Shown here one piece after another: positions 24,566 to 37,911 of a DNA stretch of 64,000 nucleotides (its first letter is position 1; every line of letters starts with the position of its first letter). The translations under genes were made by a program, and so were the position numbers. The DNA is from Prorocentrum cordatum (lineage: Eukaryota): NCBI GenBank assembly GCA_963575745.1, contig CAUYUJ010000070.1, positions 186,001 to 250,000 on the forward strand, written 5' to 3'. The notes beneath the pieces are model-generated. The model did not search any database, was not told where the DNA came from, and saw only the letters and a program-made list of their open reading frames with translations.

Positions 24566-25029
24566 GATCTCCTTATCGATCTTTGTACCGATCCCATTCC
24601 ACACCATCCACTGAATGGGGCTTTTCTCTGGTGTCATTCATCCCTTGGCGAGAGCGGGCGTTGCCGGATGGGGCCGGCAGAGGGGCGGGGGGCCAGCGGC
24701 CCCGACGCTCCGCAGCCTTCAAAAAAGTAAGGGGCCCGTATAATGGAAAGGCCTTTCGGCAATCTACAGATTGTTTCGCCTGTGGCTTTAGATTTGAGCC
24801 ATTTGTGGAGAGCCTCCTCTTGTCCCCCCTCCCCTGCGCCTCCTCGTCGTCGTCTTTCTCCTCGTCCTCCTCGTCCTCGATCCTCCTCCGTCTCCTCCTC
24901 TTCCTCCCTGAGTTGGTGCCCTTGGGTTCAGTGGATGCGCCCCCCCCAAAAAAAGAAACGCCAACGAACCAAACGATGTGGGTGGGTTACGAGGGTTTCG
25001 AGTGTACACGTTGTCTGGCAGGAGGGCTA

Positions 25030-28000
25030 GCAAGAATGACCAATCTTGAATTTGATGTTTGTGATGTTGACGGTTGGTTTTGCGACGCGGCTAATCACCC
25101 ATATCAGCAACGATGTCGTCAAAGACGCACCACAACCTTTTTGCCAACACCGACGTAGGTAAAGTCGTGGGGTGTACCCCTTCCGCGACAGCGATCAGTA
25201 TGCGAACTAGGTCCTGGTCTGGGTACGTCACCAAAACCTGGGGTTCCCAAGCTCTATTGTTTGCTGCCGTGTGTCTTGCGGCCTACCAAGCAGGTAGGTA
25301 CATGGTGCTGGCGTCCATCGTGGCGCCTGTGCAGTTCGCTATCCGCGTCGTGGTGGCGGGATGCGGTTTCGCCACGACGTACGACGATGATTCGGATTTT
25401 TTTGTTGGATGTTTTTGATTCGGTCTCGATCCCTGGTAGCATGCCGCTAGATGTCTATATTGACGACACGGGGCTCGAGGCGGCCGGTACCGAGGATTCG
25501 ATCGTCCAGGGGCTCATCGTTTCAGGTAGCGAGTTGCACAAAGGTATCAATCAAATGATGGTGGCTGAGATTGCCATGGGCAAAGTTGCCATGGTCTGTT
25601 CGTCTAAAGCGATTGCCTTTAAGTTGCAGCAGCACTTTGGGCCTCTGGTAGGCCCTCGCGTGGAATCGGCCATTAATCAAAAGTCAGGAGGGTCCGAGGC
25701 CGAAATTCCAAAATCAAGGCCAGGGCTGCCAAGGCGGCCGCGCGACCGGGCCGTCTTCGGCGCCACAAAGCCATCCTCGGCCGTCCAACCCGCAAGGTTT
25801 TTTTTTTGCTGGGGCCCTTCCCGCCTTGCGGTACGGTTGCGAGGTCCACGGGTTTTCGGGCGGAGAGCTGGCTAAAGTGCGGCGCCCGGCGGGGTCCACT
25901 TTGAAAAACCCTCCTCAGGTGGGCGCTCTCTCTGCTCGCTCCTGCGCCGGAGGGTGGCCCGACGCGGTTCGGCACGCCTGCCCCGATCTTGCGCTATGCG
26001 CGCGAAGTGTGGCTCAGACACACATCCGCCACCCCCTCGGCCTTCTCTTGGGGCTTCTTGAGGGACGCCTGGGCCCAGGCTTTCAGTGGGCCTTGCCCCA
26101 GTTGGCGGGCCGTGAGCCCTCTGGGAGCGATGAGGTGTGTGTCTCAGCCGTCCGGGGTGATCGATGGTCCGGGGGTACCCTCACCCCCCCTGCCTTGCTC
26201 AAAAAGGTGCGCCGAGAAGCCTCTCGCAGACTTCTACAACGCAGGAGGTCAAATACGCGCAGAACCACAGGCTGTGCTTTGACATTGTTTTGGAAGGGTT
26301 GGCGGCCAAGAAGTACTCGGCCTTGGACAAGGGCTGCATCCTCACCGTATGCTGTAACGGGGTCTGGTCGCTTGCCCGCGCTCGTGCTGCAGGCTACCAA
26401 GTGGACGACGTCTGCCCTCTGCGCTGCCTGCCAAACGACACTATTTTTCACCGCCTTTGAGAGTGTTCTTCGTGCGAAGACCTGAGGAAAGAGCTGGTGC
26501 CTAAAAGATTTTTGGGCTTTGCCAGGAAGCCCGACCTCGCGATCCTTGAGCGGTTCCATCTTGAAACAGGTCTTTTCCCTCATCCTGGAGAGTGGTGGCG
26601 TCGACCCTTGGGACAAGACGAAGCTTTCGCGGCCCAGATTCTCAGAGTTTCTCAAGTCGGCACAGGCCTAGATGAGCCGCCATACATTTCCAGTGGCTTC
26701 GCAATGCACGCGGACATGGGACAATAGCTGGTGGGGAACATTTTCTTTGATGGTTCGTGTAGGAAGTCGCCTATCAAGGAGCTTTGGAGGGCAGGGTGAG
26801 GTGCGGCGAAGCTTTCGGCCAACGGCGAGTTCCGGGCGATTCTCTGCGGCCCTCTCTCCTCTAGCTTCCCGCAGTTTGGTGCCCCTGCTCGCACGGCTGC
26901 CCTTTTGCCCCCGAAACCTCTCAGATGTAAAAGCGACTGTCAAAATGTCGTCAAGCTGTGGACGTTGCTTCGGATGTATTCGGGGTTTCTGTTGCAGGCT
27001 GACGCCTTAGCCGACGGCGCCATCGACGGCGTAGATAAGGTGAAGGCTAATCCCGAGCTTGACCAGCCTCTTGATGTTGACGAGCTGTTTAAGAGGAAGG
27101 GGAACGACTGGGCCGACAGAGCAGCGAAGCTCGGTGCGGCCCTGCACCCCGACGGCACTGAGGATGACCACCAGCGGGTCTCGCATCTAGCGGCTGTCTC
27201 CCGAGCCGTCGTCAAGCTCGCCGCCCGCATGATGCCCCTCTGGCCCCGAGCCGCGTTGGACGGGGCCCCGCTGGCGCCGAGGCCCGGAGACCCCCGCGCC
27301 GAGGGGCTTGGCCAAGATTGGATTATCATCGGCAACCCTCCTCGAATTTTTTGGCAGTGCCAGCGTTGTTTTTCGAGGATCTCGTTCCCGTGTGAAAACG
27401 TTGCCTGGGCGTTGCGCGCAGCACCTCACAGTGCAGCCCCAGGTGTTGCAGACTCTAGGGCGCCGCTGCGTCCTCATCGACTGCAGCGATGCTTCGTTTG
27501 TTTGCATATGCCAGTGGTGTGGCAGCTACACGTCAGGTGAGCGCATGGCCAACCTTGCCAAGAAGTGCGTTCTGCTGGCGTCGCCACACAAGAATGTGAA
27601 TTGGAGGCTTCTCGGCAGGGAGCTCCACCCAAGGCAGACTGGGGTCAAAGTCGACCTGTCCACGTTCTGGCCTCTCGGCGTCCCAGGTCCTGCGGACGCA
27701 GGCCCTACTGCGCCGTCTGCTGCCGACGGGGTGGAGCCGGGCGCGGAGATGGGCGGGCCTGGGACGGGGAAGATTGGTCCTAACTCCCTCGAGCCGCATA
27801 TTTCGGAGGCTGCGCCGTGGGAGTGCGATTGTTTGTGCTGCCGAAGAGGAGGTTTCGAGCTTCCTGTTCGGCCCCGCGCATGGCTCGGGTCCTGCCGCGC
27901 AGGTTGAGCATGGGCCCGCGGCTAGCGTCGTCGCCGCTCACAGTGCGTCGGCTGGCAGTTCTTCCAGCCAGTCTCTCTTTTCTCTGGAGGAAGTGTCAGT

Positions 28001-28436
28001 CGCGAGGCCCGTGGGCCCTCCGAGTACCGCGGCCCCCAATTCGAGGGTCGCTGTCGGCTCGGCCGTCGGTGGCGCCGCGGGCCCTCGGTGGGGGGGGGCG
28101 CCGACGGCGCGAGGAGCAGGAACCGTGCCGCTGCTTCGCGCAGCGTGGGCGGGATCCGCTGCCACGGGGGGGCGGTTGGGGAGAGTCTCGGAGAGCGCCC
28201 TGAGGCCGCCCCCCCCAGGTCCCGACCTCCCGTTCCGGGCGGGGAAATGCGCGTCTTGGATAGGAAACGTCTCGCCCCGCCCTGCGGTGGATGCAGAGGA
28301 GACTATTGTTGCGGTCTCTGGAGACCCCCACGCTGCGTCGCCGCGCGCATCGTCTGCCCTCCGAGAGGGCATGAACGATGCGGGCCCCATCCCGAGCTCT
28401 CGCGAAGGCGAGAGCTCGGGGCCGGACAAACGTTGA
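25030..28436 (+). mobile_element. 5'-truncated degraded LINE (RT C-half, RNase H, Cys motifs), same lineage as the 12-19 kb element
   Basis: VVVAGCGFAT, LDVYIDD, RYGCEVHG, CPLRCLPNDTIFHRL, DKVKA...GNDWADRAAKLG, FWQCQRC, ICQWCGSY...LHPRQTG. Confidence 0.9.
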
Positions 28437-29545
28437 GGGGCGTGCCGCTCGGCCTGAGGGATGCCTCTTCGTAGGAGGTGGTGGCACCGTGGTCGTGCAG
28501 CTCTCCTCCTAAATTTGTTTTGCCCGTTCTGCGTGGGTCTTTGGCCGTGGATGTAAGCCGATCCCCTGGCCGTGTGATCAGATCCACAGCGCGCACAACG
28601 AGGTGTCTCGTCGCAGCCGCTTTGGCCTCCAATTCAGGCCAGCTGTCCGAAGTCCTGGCGCGGTCAGCCGTCAGTGCCCCTTGTAAACGCGATGCGGTTG
28701 TCCGGTGATTATTGCGTCAAGCTTGCAAGTCTGAACGGCACCTCTTGATGCGTTCAGCAAACGCGGCGCCTCCGAAACAAACTTTTACGACGGCAAAATG
28801 CCACGATATTTTCCCAATCTTGCGAGGCGCAACCACTTCATCTACAGCGTGGGGGACGTCCACCATCACATTCTCAAGCCGAAGGCCAATGGCACCCACC
28901 CCCACCCTGAACATCAAGGGCGCGGCCAGGCCTGCCGCCCGAAGGTGTTCAAGGTAGCTGTCGCGGGTCAATCGCGTTCCCCGCACAAGAAGCGGGTTTG
29001 GACAGCGCGGCCAGCGGCTAATCGCGAGTTCAAAGTAAATGTGTACAGGCTGGCGTGCTTGTTGAATCTGCCACCGCCCCCGTGAAACCCAATCGGAACA
29101 ATGCGATGCCATGAATCTTTGGGTAAGTGAGGATGACGTGTCACATTTCGACGCCCTGATGGATACCCAAAACTGGTACGCCGCATGTTCTGGACTTGTG
29201 ATGCGATGCCTCCAAATATCAGGTCGGGCGTTCGCCAAAGCCTGAAATCATTTATGGGGCCAAATGATTGGATATGGCTTTCTCCTAGACCCCTTCAGTG
29301 CCAATTCGATCCAATCGATCGGGGGAGCGCCCTCGGGCCCCCCGACTAAACGAACCAAGTCTCGAAGCACAGTTTGGGGAGGTTAGCCATGTGCGCCTAG
29401 AGCGCTCAGTCGCACCAATCTCTGGGCGCCCTGGAGCTGGGCGCTGTGGGCGAGCGATCGTGCAGCTGCTGAACTCAATTCTCCTTTGGCCCATCGATGC
29501 CGCAAGTCCCTGGTGAATGGGTCCCTCGTCACGTCCGAAGTCCCG
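28430..29545 (-). pseudogene. Degraded DNA-transposon transposase, CACTA/CMC (Plavaka-like) type
   Basis: Across frames: YPIIWPH, IVPIGFHGGGGRFNKHASLYTFTLNS (HGDG-like first acidic motif, mutated), GLRLENVMVDVPHAVDE (DxxH-like), EAKAAATRHL. Family assignment is from recalled motif patterns only. Confidence 0.6.
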
Positions 29546-29941
29546 CGGGTAGGAGGAGAGGCGCTTGCGACCTCTTCTCGCCGTTGCCGATGCCCCCCCC
29601 GCAGCCGACCTGATCGGGGACCGATCGAAGTTTGATGTTCAACATTGGAGAAACACATGGAACCCGTACCACCCCCAACCAGAAGTTCGGGTCACATTCT
29701 GGGTCTTCGGGTTGGGTTGGGGTGGTCTGGCAGGTAGTCCTGCACGGGGTGCACATGTTAAAACGACACGAAGATCGGGACAAAATCGGATCGGGATAAC
29801 TCGAAATCTCTGAGAGTCGGCGGGTTTGGAGGATGTATTGGGCGCCGCGGCCGCTCCAGAGCGTTCCGGAACGCTCCGAGAGCGCTCCGGATTGCTCTGG
29901 AGCGATTTATCCCGATCGCAGCCCACATATGCGGGTAACAG

Positions 29942-32900
29942 GCGCATCGCCGTCGCAGCAGTGGCCCCCCCCTGCCCTCCCGCAGGGCCTCTTCAAGCGG
30001 CAGTCGCTGGCGTCCGCCGGGCAGCACCGGAGGCCGTCGCTGGCGCCCTCCGTGGCGCAGCGCGCGGGCGCGGGGCCGGCAGAGGGCGCGCCGCCGGAGT
30101 TCGAGGCATATGAAATTGCATCGGCACGAGCTTCATTCGGGCCGGTCCCTCTATAGTTATCGGGGGTGGACAGACCTCCTAACAGCGACACGTCGATTCG
30201 TGAATTGTCCGTTTGCGGTTCTCGAGAGGGCGCCGTAGCCGTCATTTTCCAGGCTTGCGCCCGCCAGGGTTAGGCCTCAGGTCGTTTTCATTAAATTACG
30301 TTTTGCTAAAGGGGGGTCTGTCCATCCCCGAAGTTATGATGTCCCAACCTACTTTAGCCTTGACCACCAGAACGATTTTCGAGCACCAGGGAAAAAAGGG
30401 CCCAAAGGCTCGAGGGTTTTCACGTGCCGGGCCCCGGGAGACACTCGTCCGACATCGTTTCGAGACTTTTTCCAGACTCTTTCGACACTTTTCAGGCTGC
30501 TTGACATTATGTCTGGGATGTGGTCTTTAAGTGCGATGGGAGCAACATAACTCTACAGGAGGAATATCCAAAACTTGTCGAAGAATAGTCTGGGGGCGAT
30601 TTGTCGAGTATGTTTTTGTTTGTTGTTTAACATGTTGGGGTATTTTCAGTTTTTCGTCCAAGATCCGCCTGCATGGGGGGACACGCCCGTATTAAACAGA
30701 AGTGCTCGGAGCTCTTCGTGGAGATCTTTCATTCTTCGTCACCCACGTGCAAGAGGGGGAAAGGGCTCCTTAGAGGGAGGCTGCTTCTCAGGAGGGCGCG
30801 GGCCTTCTCAGTGGATGCAGGGCCGGCGCCGTCTGAGAAGCGGCCTCCTCCTGAGAGGCCATCCCCCCTCGCCCGACCCCCCCTTGTGCGCGCCACCACG
30901 CCGCCTGGAGGGGTCACTTTGGCATAACATTTTTGCACGCACTGGCCGTGCAGACCGTTGCGGCCTGCGCTCCGTGGAGCTGCCCCGGTACACACTCCTG
31001 GGGTCCAAGCTGTGCGCGCTGTAGTCGACTACACGTGAGAGTGACCCTTCGCTGGAGTGACCTCGGGTGAGGGTCCATTGGGGTCCCCCGCCCATCGCCG
31101 AGCGCGATGCGATGGCAGCGTCCTGCGCGCTTGTGCTTGGTCCCGCCGCCGGCCCCCAAAACAGCCGCGCACCAGAGGCCGCTCTCACCCCGGGTCACTC
31201 CCTGCGTGTCGTCGATCTAGCATCGGCAACACCCAAACATACTTATACTACACGTGCGTCGCCCCCCCAGGGGCGACGCGCGCACCGAGAAATCTTATAG
31301 TATATGCGTTGTGGCGGGCGCTTTCTGGCCACACCGCTCGGGAAACGATATACTACAAGATGGGTATACTGTATGTTTGGGTCAGACGCACGCCTCCAAG
31401 AAGAACATCTAGTACTAGTATGTCTTTGTGTATCCCATAGCACGCCACCTGAGGCGGGCGGTCGGGCCTGACGACCCCGGGGCACGATTCCAGAGTCACA
31501 GTCGGCTCCGGCCTCCCCCGCCGCCCCTGGCGATCGCCAGTCCAGGAGATCCGCGCGGAGCTCCGAAAGCTCAAGTTTCTGGAGTCGGCTCGCCCTCTAT
31601 AGGAGTGGAGGCCCCTGCTCGAGAGCAGCCGGGCGGGCGCCGGGCCCTCGCGCGCGGGGAGCCCCCTGACCGCGCAGGAGTTCGCCGCGCTCTTCGCCGC
31701 TGCGCTGCGCTCGCGGCGCGAGCCCCCGGTGGAGCCGCGCGAGGCGGCGGAGGCGTTCTCGCTGGTGGCGGGGGTGGCCTGAGGAGGAGGAGGAGGAGGA
31801 GGAGGAGGAGGAGGAGAGATATATATTCATGCGTCGCCGCGCCGCCTGCTCCGACGCGCGGCCTCTAGCGTCTTGGGGAGGGCGCCGCGGGCACCGCGGG
31901 CGAGCGCCGCCTCGGGCCTGCCGTGGGTCTGCCGTGGGCCTGCCGAGGTGCCGGCGCCTCGCCCCCGTGGGCGCCTCGAGGGCAGACGCTGCGGCGGCAC
32001 GGCCGCAGCGCCCGCCCCGCCCGCCCCGAGGGCGACGCGTGCGTCACCACCCACCAAACCACCTCAACCCAACCCGAAGGCTCAGATTTACCCTCGATTT
32101 CCAGTGGGGGGGGGGGGCGGGAAACATCGAAAAAACACATGTGGAACCCTTACCCCCCCCAACCCGAAATTCGGGTCTTCGGGTTGGGTTGGGGTGGTCT
32201 GGTAGGTAGTCGGTGCGCTCGCTCGGAGCTCTTGCAGTACACGCTCGGTGGCGAGCGCTGCCTGGCCATGCCGCCTGGGTGACGCTGTACCTCGAGCAGT
32301 GGCGGAGCGTCCCGGCTCGCCTACAGCCCCACCAAACAATGTTCTAAGAACCTTTTTTGCGGTATGCACGGAATGTTCTTCGAACATTTCTGGTTGAGAC
32401 TGTCTTGGTTTAACACATCGGGTAATGTTCTAAGAACATTGTTGTTGTTATTAGAACATTTCTGGGTTCTAAGAACTTCTCGTGGTAGGGCTATAGAAAT
32501 GCCGGAAGGATCGGTCCCTGCTCAAGTACCGCAGGATGTTTGTATTGTGTGATGTTCGGTTCGGGCGCGCCACGCCATCAGAAGCACATCGTATGAGTAT
32601 GTCCTCCTGCGTCCTACGATGCCGCTACTCCCTGGACCTTTCCCCGGGTGCGTTCTGATCAGGATACGGAGGAGAATCCAGCCATGGCGACGAGGGCCTT
32701 CCAGGAGGCCCAAGGAGGCGAAAACGAGACAAGGTAGCGGTCCCTGACCCGCGACGTCAAGTTGTTTTCTTCCGCGACGTGGACGCCCAGAGGTCTGAAT
32801 CCCTTCCCGGGGATTGGCTTAGCATCCTGTGTCTCGTTTGACGGCCCCATGGCCTGGCGAGGGCCCCCGAAAAGCCGAACAGTGCCGAGAGCCCCCCGTC

Positions 32901-35900
32901 GTGACTTTGTTCACGACGCACGGGGTCGGGGACATATCGGTGCAGTGGGGGCCCATGCCAAGAAACACCTTGCTTGCCTCCAGGGTGCCCTGGGTTGCTT
33001 GGGTCTCGTTTTGCTGTGGAGAGCGTGGCGTTCCCACACCAGAAGTCGATCGGCGTCCTGGGGTCTCGGGGTCGGGTTTCTTGTGGACGGTTTCTTGTGG
33101 ACTGGCCTGCCATGTGCGCTCTCCTTATCTGAGGTGGTGGCGGCGGGAGGCGCCGGCCCTGAAGCCCCCTCGCAAGCGTCAACAAAAACAAGCTTGCATC
33201 AGTGCAATGTGTCGTAAACCCTCCGTGGCGGATCCAGACCGCTTGCGAGCTGTTGCTTTGCGAGAAGGGGAACGCGCTTGTCTATCCCATGGATCCGACG
33301 TCGTGATTTTGTCCATGCGGGGTCCCCGGAAGTCTCGACCCCTTCCCAAGGACCGGTTTTGCATCCCGAGTCGTTTCTTGACGGCCCCGAGGCCCGGGAA
33401 GGGCCCCTGGGGGCCGAAAACTGCGAAAATCCTCCGTCGTGCTTTTGTCAGTGCATTGGATATCTGGGATGTCTGAGGTGGTGGCGGCGGGAGGCGGCGG
33501 CCCGGAAGCCCTGGAGCGCTGCTGGGGCGGGCTGTGGCGGCTGCGGCGCGAGCTGGGCGGCCTGCGCGGCCGGCTGCTGGCCAGGGACCCGCGGGCGATC
33601 GAGGCGCTGCTGCCGTCGAGGGCGCCGCCGCTGACGCGGCAGGCGCAGCAGGGCCTGTGGTCGGAGCTCGCGGGGGACGAGGTCTCAGAGGAGCAGGGGG
33701 AGGAGGGGGAGGAGGAGGAGGGGGAGGGGGAGGGGGAGGGGAGGAGGAGGAGGAGGAGGGGGAGGAGGAGGAGGAGTTGGAGGAGGAGGAGGAGGAGGAG
33801 GAGGAGAGAGGAGGAGGAGGAGGAGGAGGGGCGTGGGGGAGGGGGAGGAGGGAGGAGGAGGAGGAGGAGGAGGAGGAGGAGGAGGAAGAGGAGGAGGATG
33901 AAGAGGAGGAGGAGGAGGAGGAGGAGGAGGAGGAAAACCGTAGGGTTGGCTCAAGCCATTTCCCCTCTGCTCGGAGGGGGTCAGCGCTCGAGTGGCGACA
34001 GCGCCTGCTTGACATTTCGCCCACACTTCCAACCAGGGCCAAAGCTGGGCCGTGGGCGAGTAACGAAGCTTCCTGTTGCGACATGGGACGTCGAGGCGAG
34101 GGCAAGGGCAAGGGCAAAAGAAAAAGGGCAAGGGCAAGAGCTCAGGACCCGACCGCCGCCCGCAGCCCCCACCTCAGCAGGCGTCCGCAGATTATGCATG
34201 GACTTGCGCCGTATGCGCAGCGACTACGAATCTCCGACGTGCATGGTGCTGGCAGTGTGGAACCAACTGGGAATCCCAGATGGAGGTCGAGCAGAAGCCA
34301 GTACCACCCAGGAAGAAAGACACATCAGAGTCTGGTACGTCGTCTTCCAACAAAGTGGGCCCTCATATCATCCGTTTACAGCAAACTCTGTATATGTTGA
34401 ACTCACTGGAGACTAATGCGGAGACGGAGGGATCGAAGAGGGGTTACGAGGAGGCCATCGCTTCCCAAGAGGTCGTACTGAGGAGTCTTCGTGAAGAGAG
34501 AGATTCAGAGAAGTCAGAGAGCCAACTTACACAGATGGCGTTGACAAGGCTGATAAAACACAGACCCAGTTAGCAAAACAGAAGGGTCACATGGACAAAC
34601 AGGAGCAGGTGTTTGGGGACCTGGAGGTCAAACGTGCGTTGCTCAAGGCAGACCTAGAGGCTGCTCGTGTTCACAAGACAGAATTGGAACTTCGTGTATA
34701 CAATTTGATGCGGGAGCCCTTGTCTGGTCCATGCACGTTGCCGCCAGGACTGGCCCACCCAGCGCACGAGCAGCAGCAGGAGGAGCCCGGGGAGGCCTTC
34801 AGCAACGCAATCAAGGGCAAGGGCAAGGGCCAGATCGATGAGGCCACATTCCTCCAGGGCATGCACACTTTCGCTCAGTGTTTACTGCCTCAGCTTTTGG
34901 AGGGACTTCATGCGCATATGAGTGTGTTGGCAGCGCAAGTCCGCACAGCAGGTGGCTTTGAGGAGGCCCGGCACAGACATGAGCGAGCATATGAGGAGTT
35001 GGCTGAGCGTGGCGCCGAGGCTCCACAAGCTGAAGCAGCTGCAGCAGACGTACCTATGCCTCCCGCGCCGCTGTCAGAGCGCGGAGCAGCCGGGGTCGAG
35101 ACCGAGGCGGCAGCCAGGCGCAGACTCACCGAGTCAGGCGAGGCTGCGGCGGGAGCTGAGCGACCACCACGCTCGCGAGGGTAACATTCAAAGTGAAGCC
35201 ACATCGGGCCGACTGCAGATCCTCACGGTCAATGGAAATTGTTTGTCTATTGCAGTTTCGTTTACCAAAGATTGTGAGGCTCATGCCGTATTTGTTCAAG
35301 AACATGAACTCCATGGTCAAGGTCTCAACGAGGCCAGGGAAAAGTGCGCGCAAACTTGGATGGAAGAGCTTCTGGGCACCGCGCTGCATTACACGGAGCT
35401 TGGGGAGATCGGCAGGAGTTTGCACACTGGCAAGGGCGAGCCTCGACCTATGGCAGCGGCCAGGACGAGAAGCCCCGCTGGTGCCACACAAACTTTGACA
35501 CGTTTTTCCCCGCTCAAAAGCGCTGGGCATAGCATCTATGCGCTGTGGGCATTGGAAGGGCGGGGGGGGGGGGGGGGCTCGCACAGACCAACCTACGCAT
35601 TGCGAGCGTCTTAGGAAAAACATATTACACAGCGGTGCGCCATGCGTAGCGGGCGGGGATTTCAACTTGGAACCACATGTGTTTCAGGAAGGATGTGCAC
35701 CGCGCAAGCTCAAAGGGCAAGTGGCGGTGCCGTCTCCGACGGCAACGCGCGTTGCATCGAATCCAGGTACCTGGTTCGATTACTTTCTTGTTGGCGAGAC
35801 CATATTGCCCTGCGTGGCTTCTGCGATCGCAGAGGTGGGCGAACAGATTTTCCCACGTCGCCCACTCTTTGCAACGTTGGAGGAGGGCCTTGACAAGATT

Positions 35901-37853
35901 ATTGTGAAAAGGCTTCGCCAATTTGCACGACTGTCCGTCGACTTGCCGACAGGACCTGCTCTTGAGGCCCCTGATTACGACGACCTTCGAGAGCGCATGG
36001 ATACACTCTTGGAGCCCTTGGAGGCGGAAGGGGTTTGCCGACTCCCGACTGGCCCTGGGAAGGCCGTACTCCAGATGGGCCCGGATGACTGCGGGGAATT
36101 GCGTGGGCCAGGTTGGAAGGAACTCGACGGTGCCCTGCAGCGTTCCCCAGAAAGGGCTCCGCAGTGGTTCACAACAGAATGTTGGAGCTATACCTCTTGG
36201 GAACCTGCCGTGCTCTAGAAGGTCGCCAACGAGCGGCCCCTATCGAGCACTCCATGGGTTCGCCCGTCGAGTACATGAACTTTGCTCATTGGCTCACAGC
36301 TGTAAATACGTTGCTCATCCAGAATATTTCAGAGAATTCGTGAATTCTACCAATGCGTCTACGGTGTCTGGAGGGGGGTTCAAGTGCCACTATCCTGGTG
36401 GGAAGACTCTCTGGCTCGGCTTCCTCCAGGCTGCCCTTGCGCCTCTCCGCTGCGACGGCTTCATTTGGCGAGCAGAGCAAGTCGCAGAATCACTTTTCTC
36501 TGCATACCAGTTCGCCAATGTCAGCGCAGAGGCCTGCCCGCCCAGAGAGCGCAAAGATCGGGCCCAGAAGTGGAAGGACTGGTGCACGGAGGCGCTTGCG
36601 GGCGGGGCCAAGTGGGCCCGCGCCTACACCGAGGCGGCAGATTCGAGGCGCCAGGACATTGTTGGCACAGATTGCGGCAGCAACACCTCATGCCTGACAG
36701 CTCAGATGAAGGAGGAGGAAATGTCATGGCCATGAGCTTGGGGGGGGGGGGGGGGGGCGCGATGATTTTCAGGTTCTTGATTGGCCTGAAGACATGGTCT
36801 TCCCGAAGGCCCCCGGCGTTGATGAGGTGATTGCCCATGGGCAAGAGCTTTAAAAAGGCCACTATTGCTGCAGATGGTTTCCATCCTCGCCACTCTCATC
36901 TACTTTGTCGGCCCGCTGTGGGCTTGCCCGGTCAGGTTATGTGTCTCATGACGATGGTGGGGGCAGCCCCAACCTGGATGCGCACTCTCCAGGTAGCTCT
37001 TTTCAGAAAGCCAGTAGTGGGTCGCCGACCCATTGGTTTTTTTCCTGTCGCTTTTCAGGGCGACTTCGAGGTGGCATTCCAGGGGTTGCAAAAACTGGGA
37101 GAAGCGTGTCCAGGACAGAGGTATATTCTCCATGGCGCCGTCTAGGAGGCCTGCAGACGCAATTAGGCGCCAGACCGTGCGCGGAGATCTAACTGTAGGA
37201 GACACACAACATATATTGTCGCTTGTGGGAGATCTCAAACAGCGCCATGAACATGTACAACGCCCCCAGCTAGTTCGCACGGCTATTGACTGGAAATTCC
37301 CACTCCACTCACTTCGGCTTGCACTGCGCACGCATGGGTGGAGGAGGATGCGATGCATGGATGGGATGGTTTCGGATCCACTTGAACCTGGGCAGGGAAT
37401 CGCGGCGGGGAGCAGCACAGCTACGTTGTAAATAGAATTCGACTGCTTCCCCACCGTGAACGCCTACCTAGAACAAGGCTTTACGCCGTCACTGGCAGCG
37501 CACGTAGACGACTTTGGATTGACTGCGTATAATGATTTTATTTCGAGCTGTGTTACGAACATGGGTTCGGCCCTTGCGTTCTTGGTGGGTAGCCTCTCTA
37601 GCCTCTTCAACCTCACCTTCTCGCTCAAAAAGTTACGTCACACTGGTGCGAGTCCAGCATTTGTGCGTGCTGCACTTGCTGGTCTCAAGCAATGCGCGGG
37701 GGCTTGCGATCCTGCCATCGTCAACCTGGGAGTGGACTTCAGCCCAGGGAATCGCCGGGCGGCGGGGAAGCGCAATCACAATCGGATAGAGAGAGAGAGG
37801 GAGAGAGAAAGAGAGAGAGAGAGAGAGTGCGAGAGAGAGAGAGAGAGAGAAGT

Positions 37854-37911
<58 letters not shown>

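Noticed and set aside
24793..24808. Minus-strand CCACAAATGGCTCAAA as an SL relict
   Set aside because: Only an 8-nt core match and no associated downstream ORF or element.
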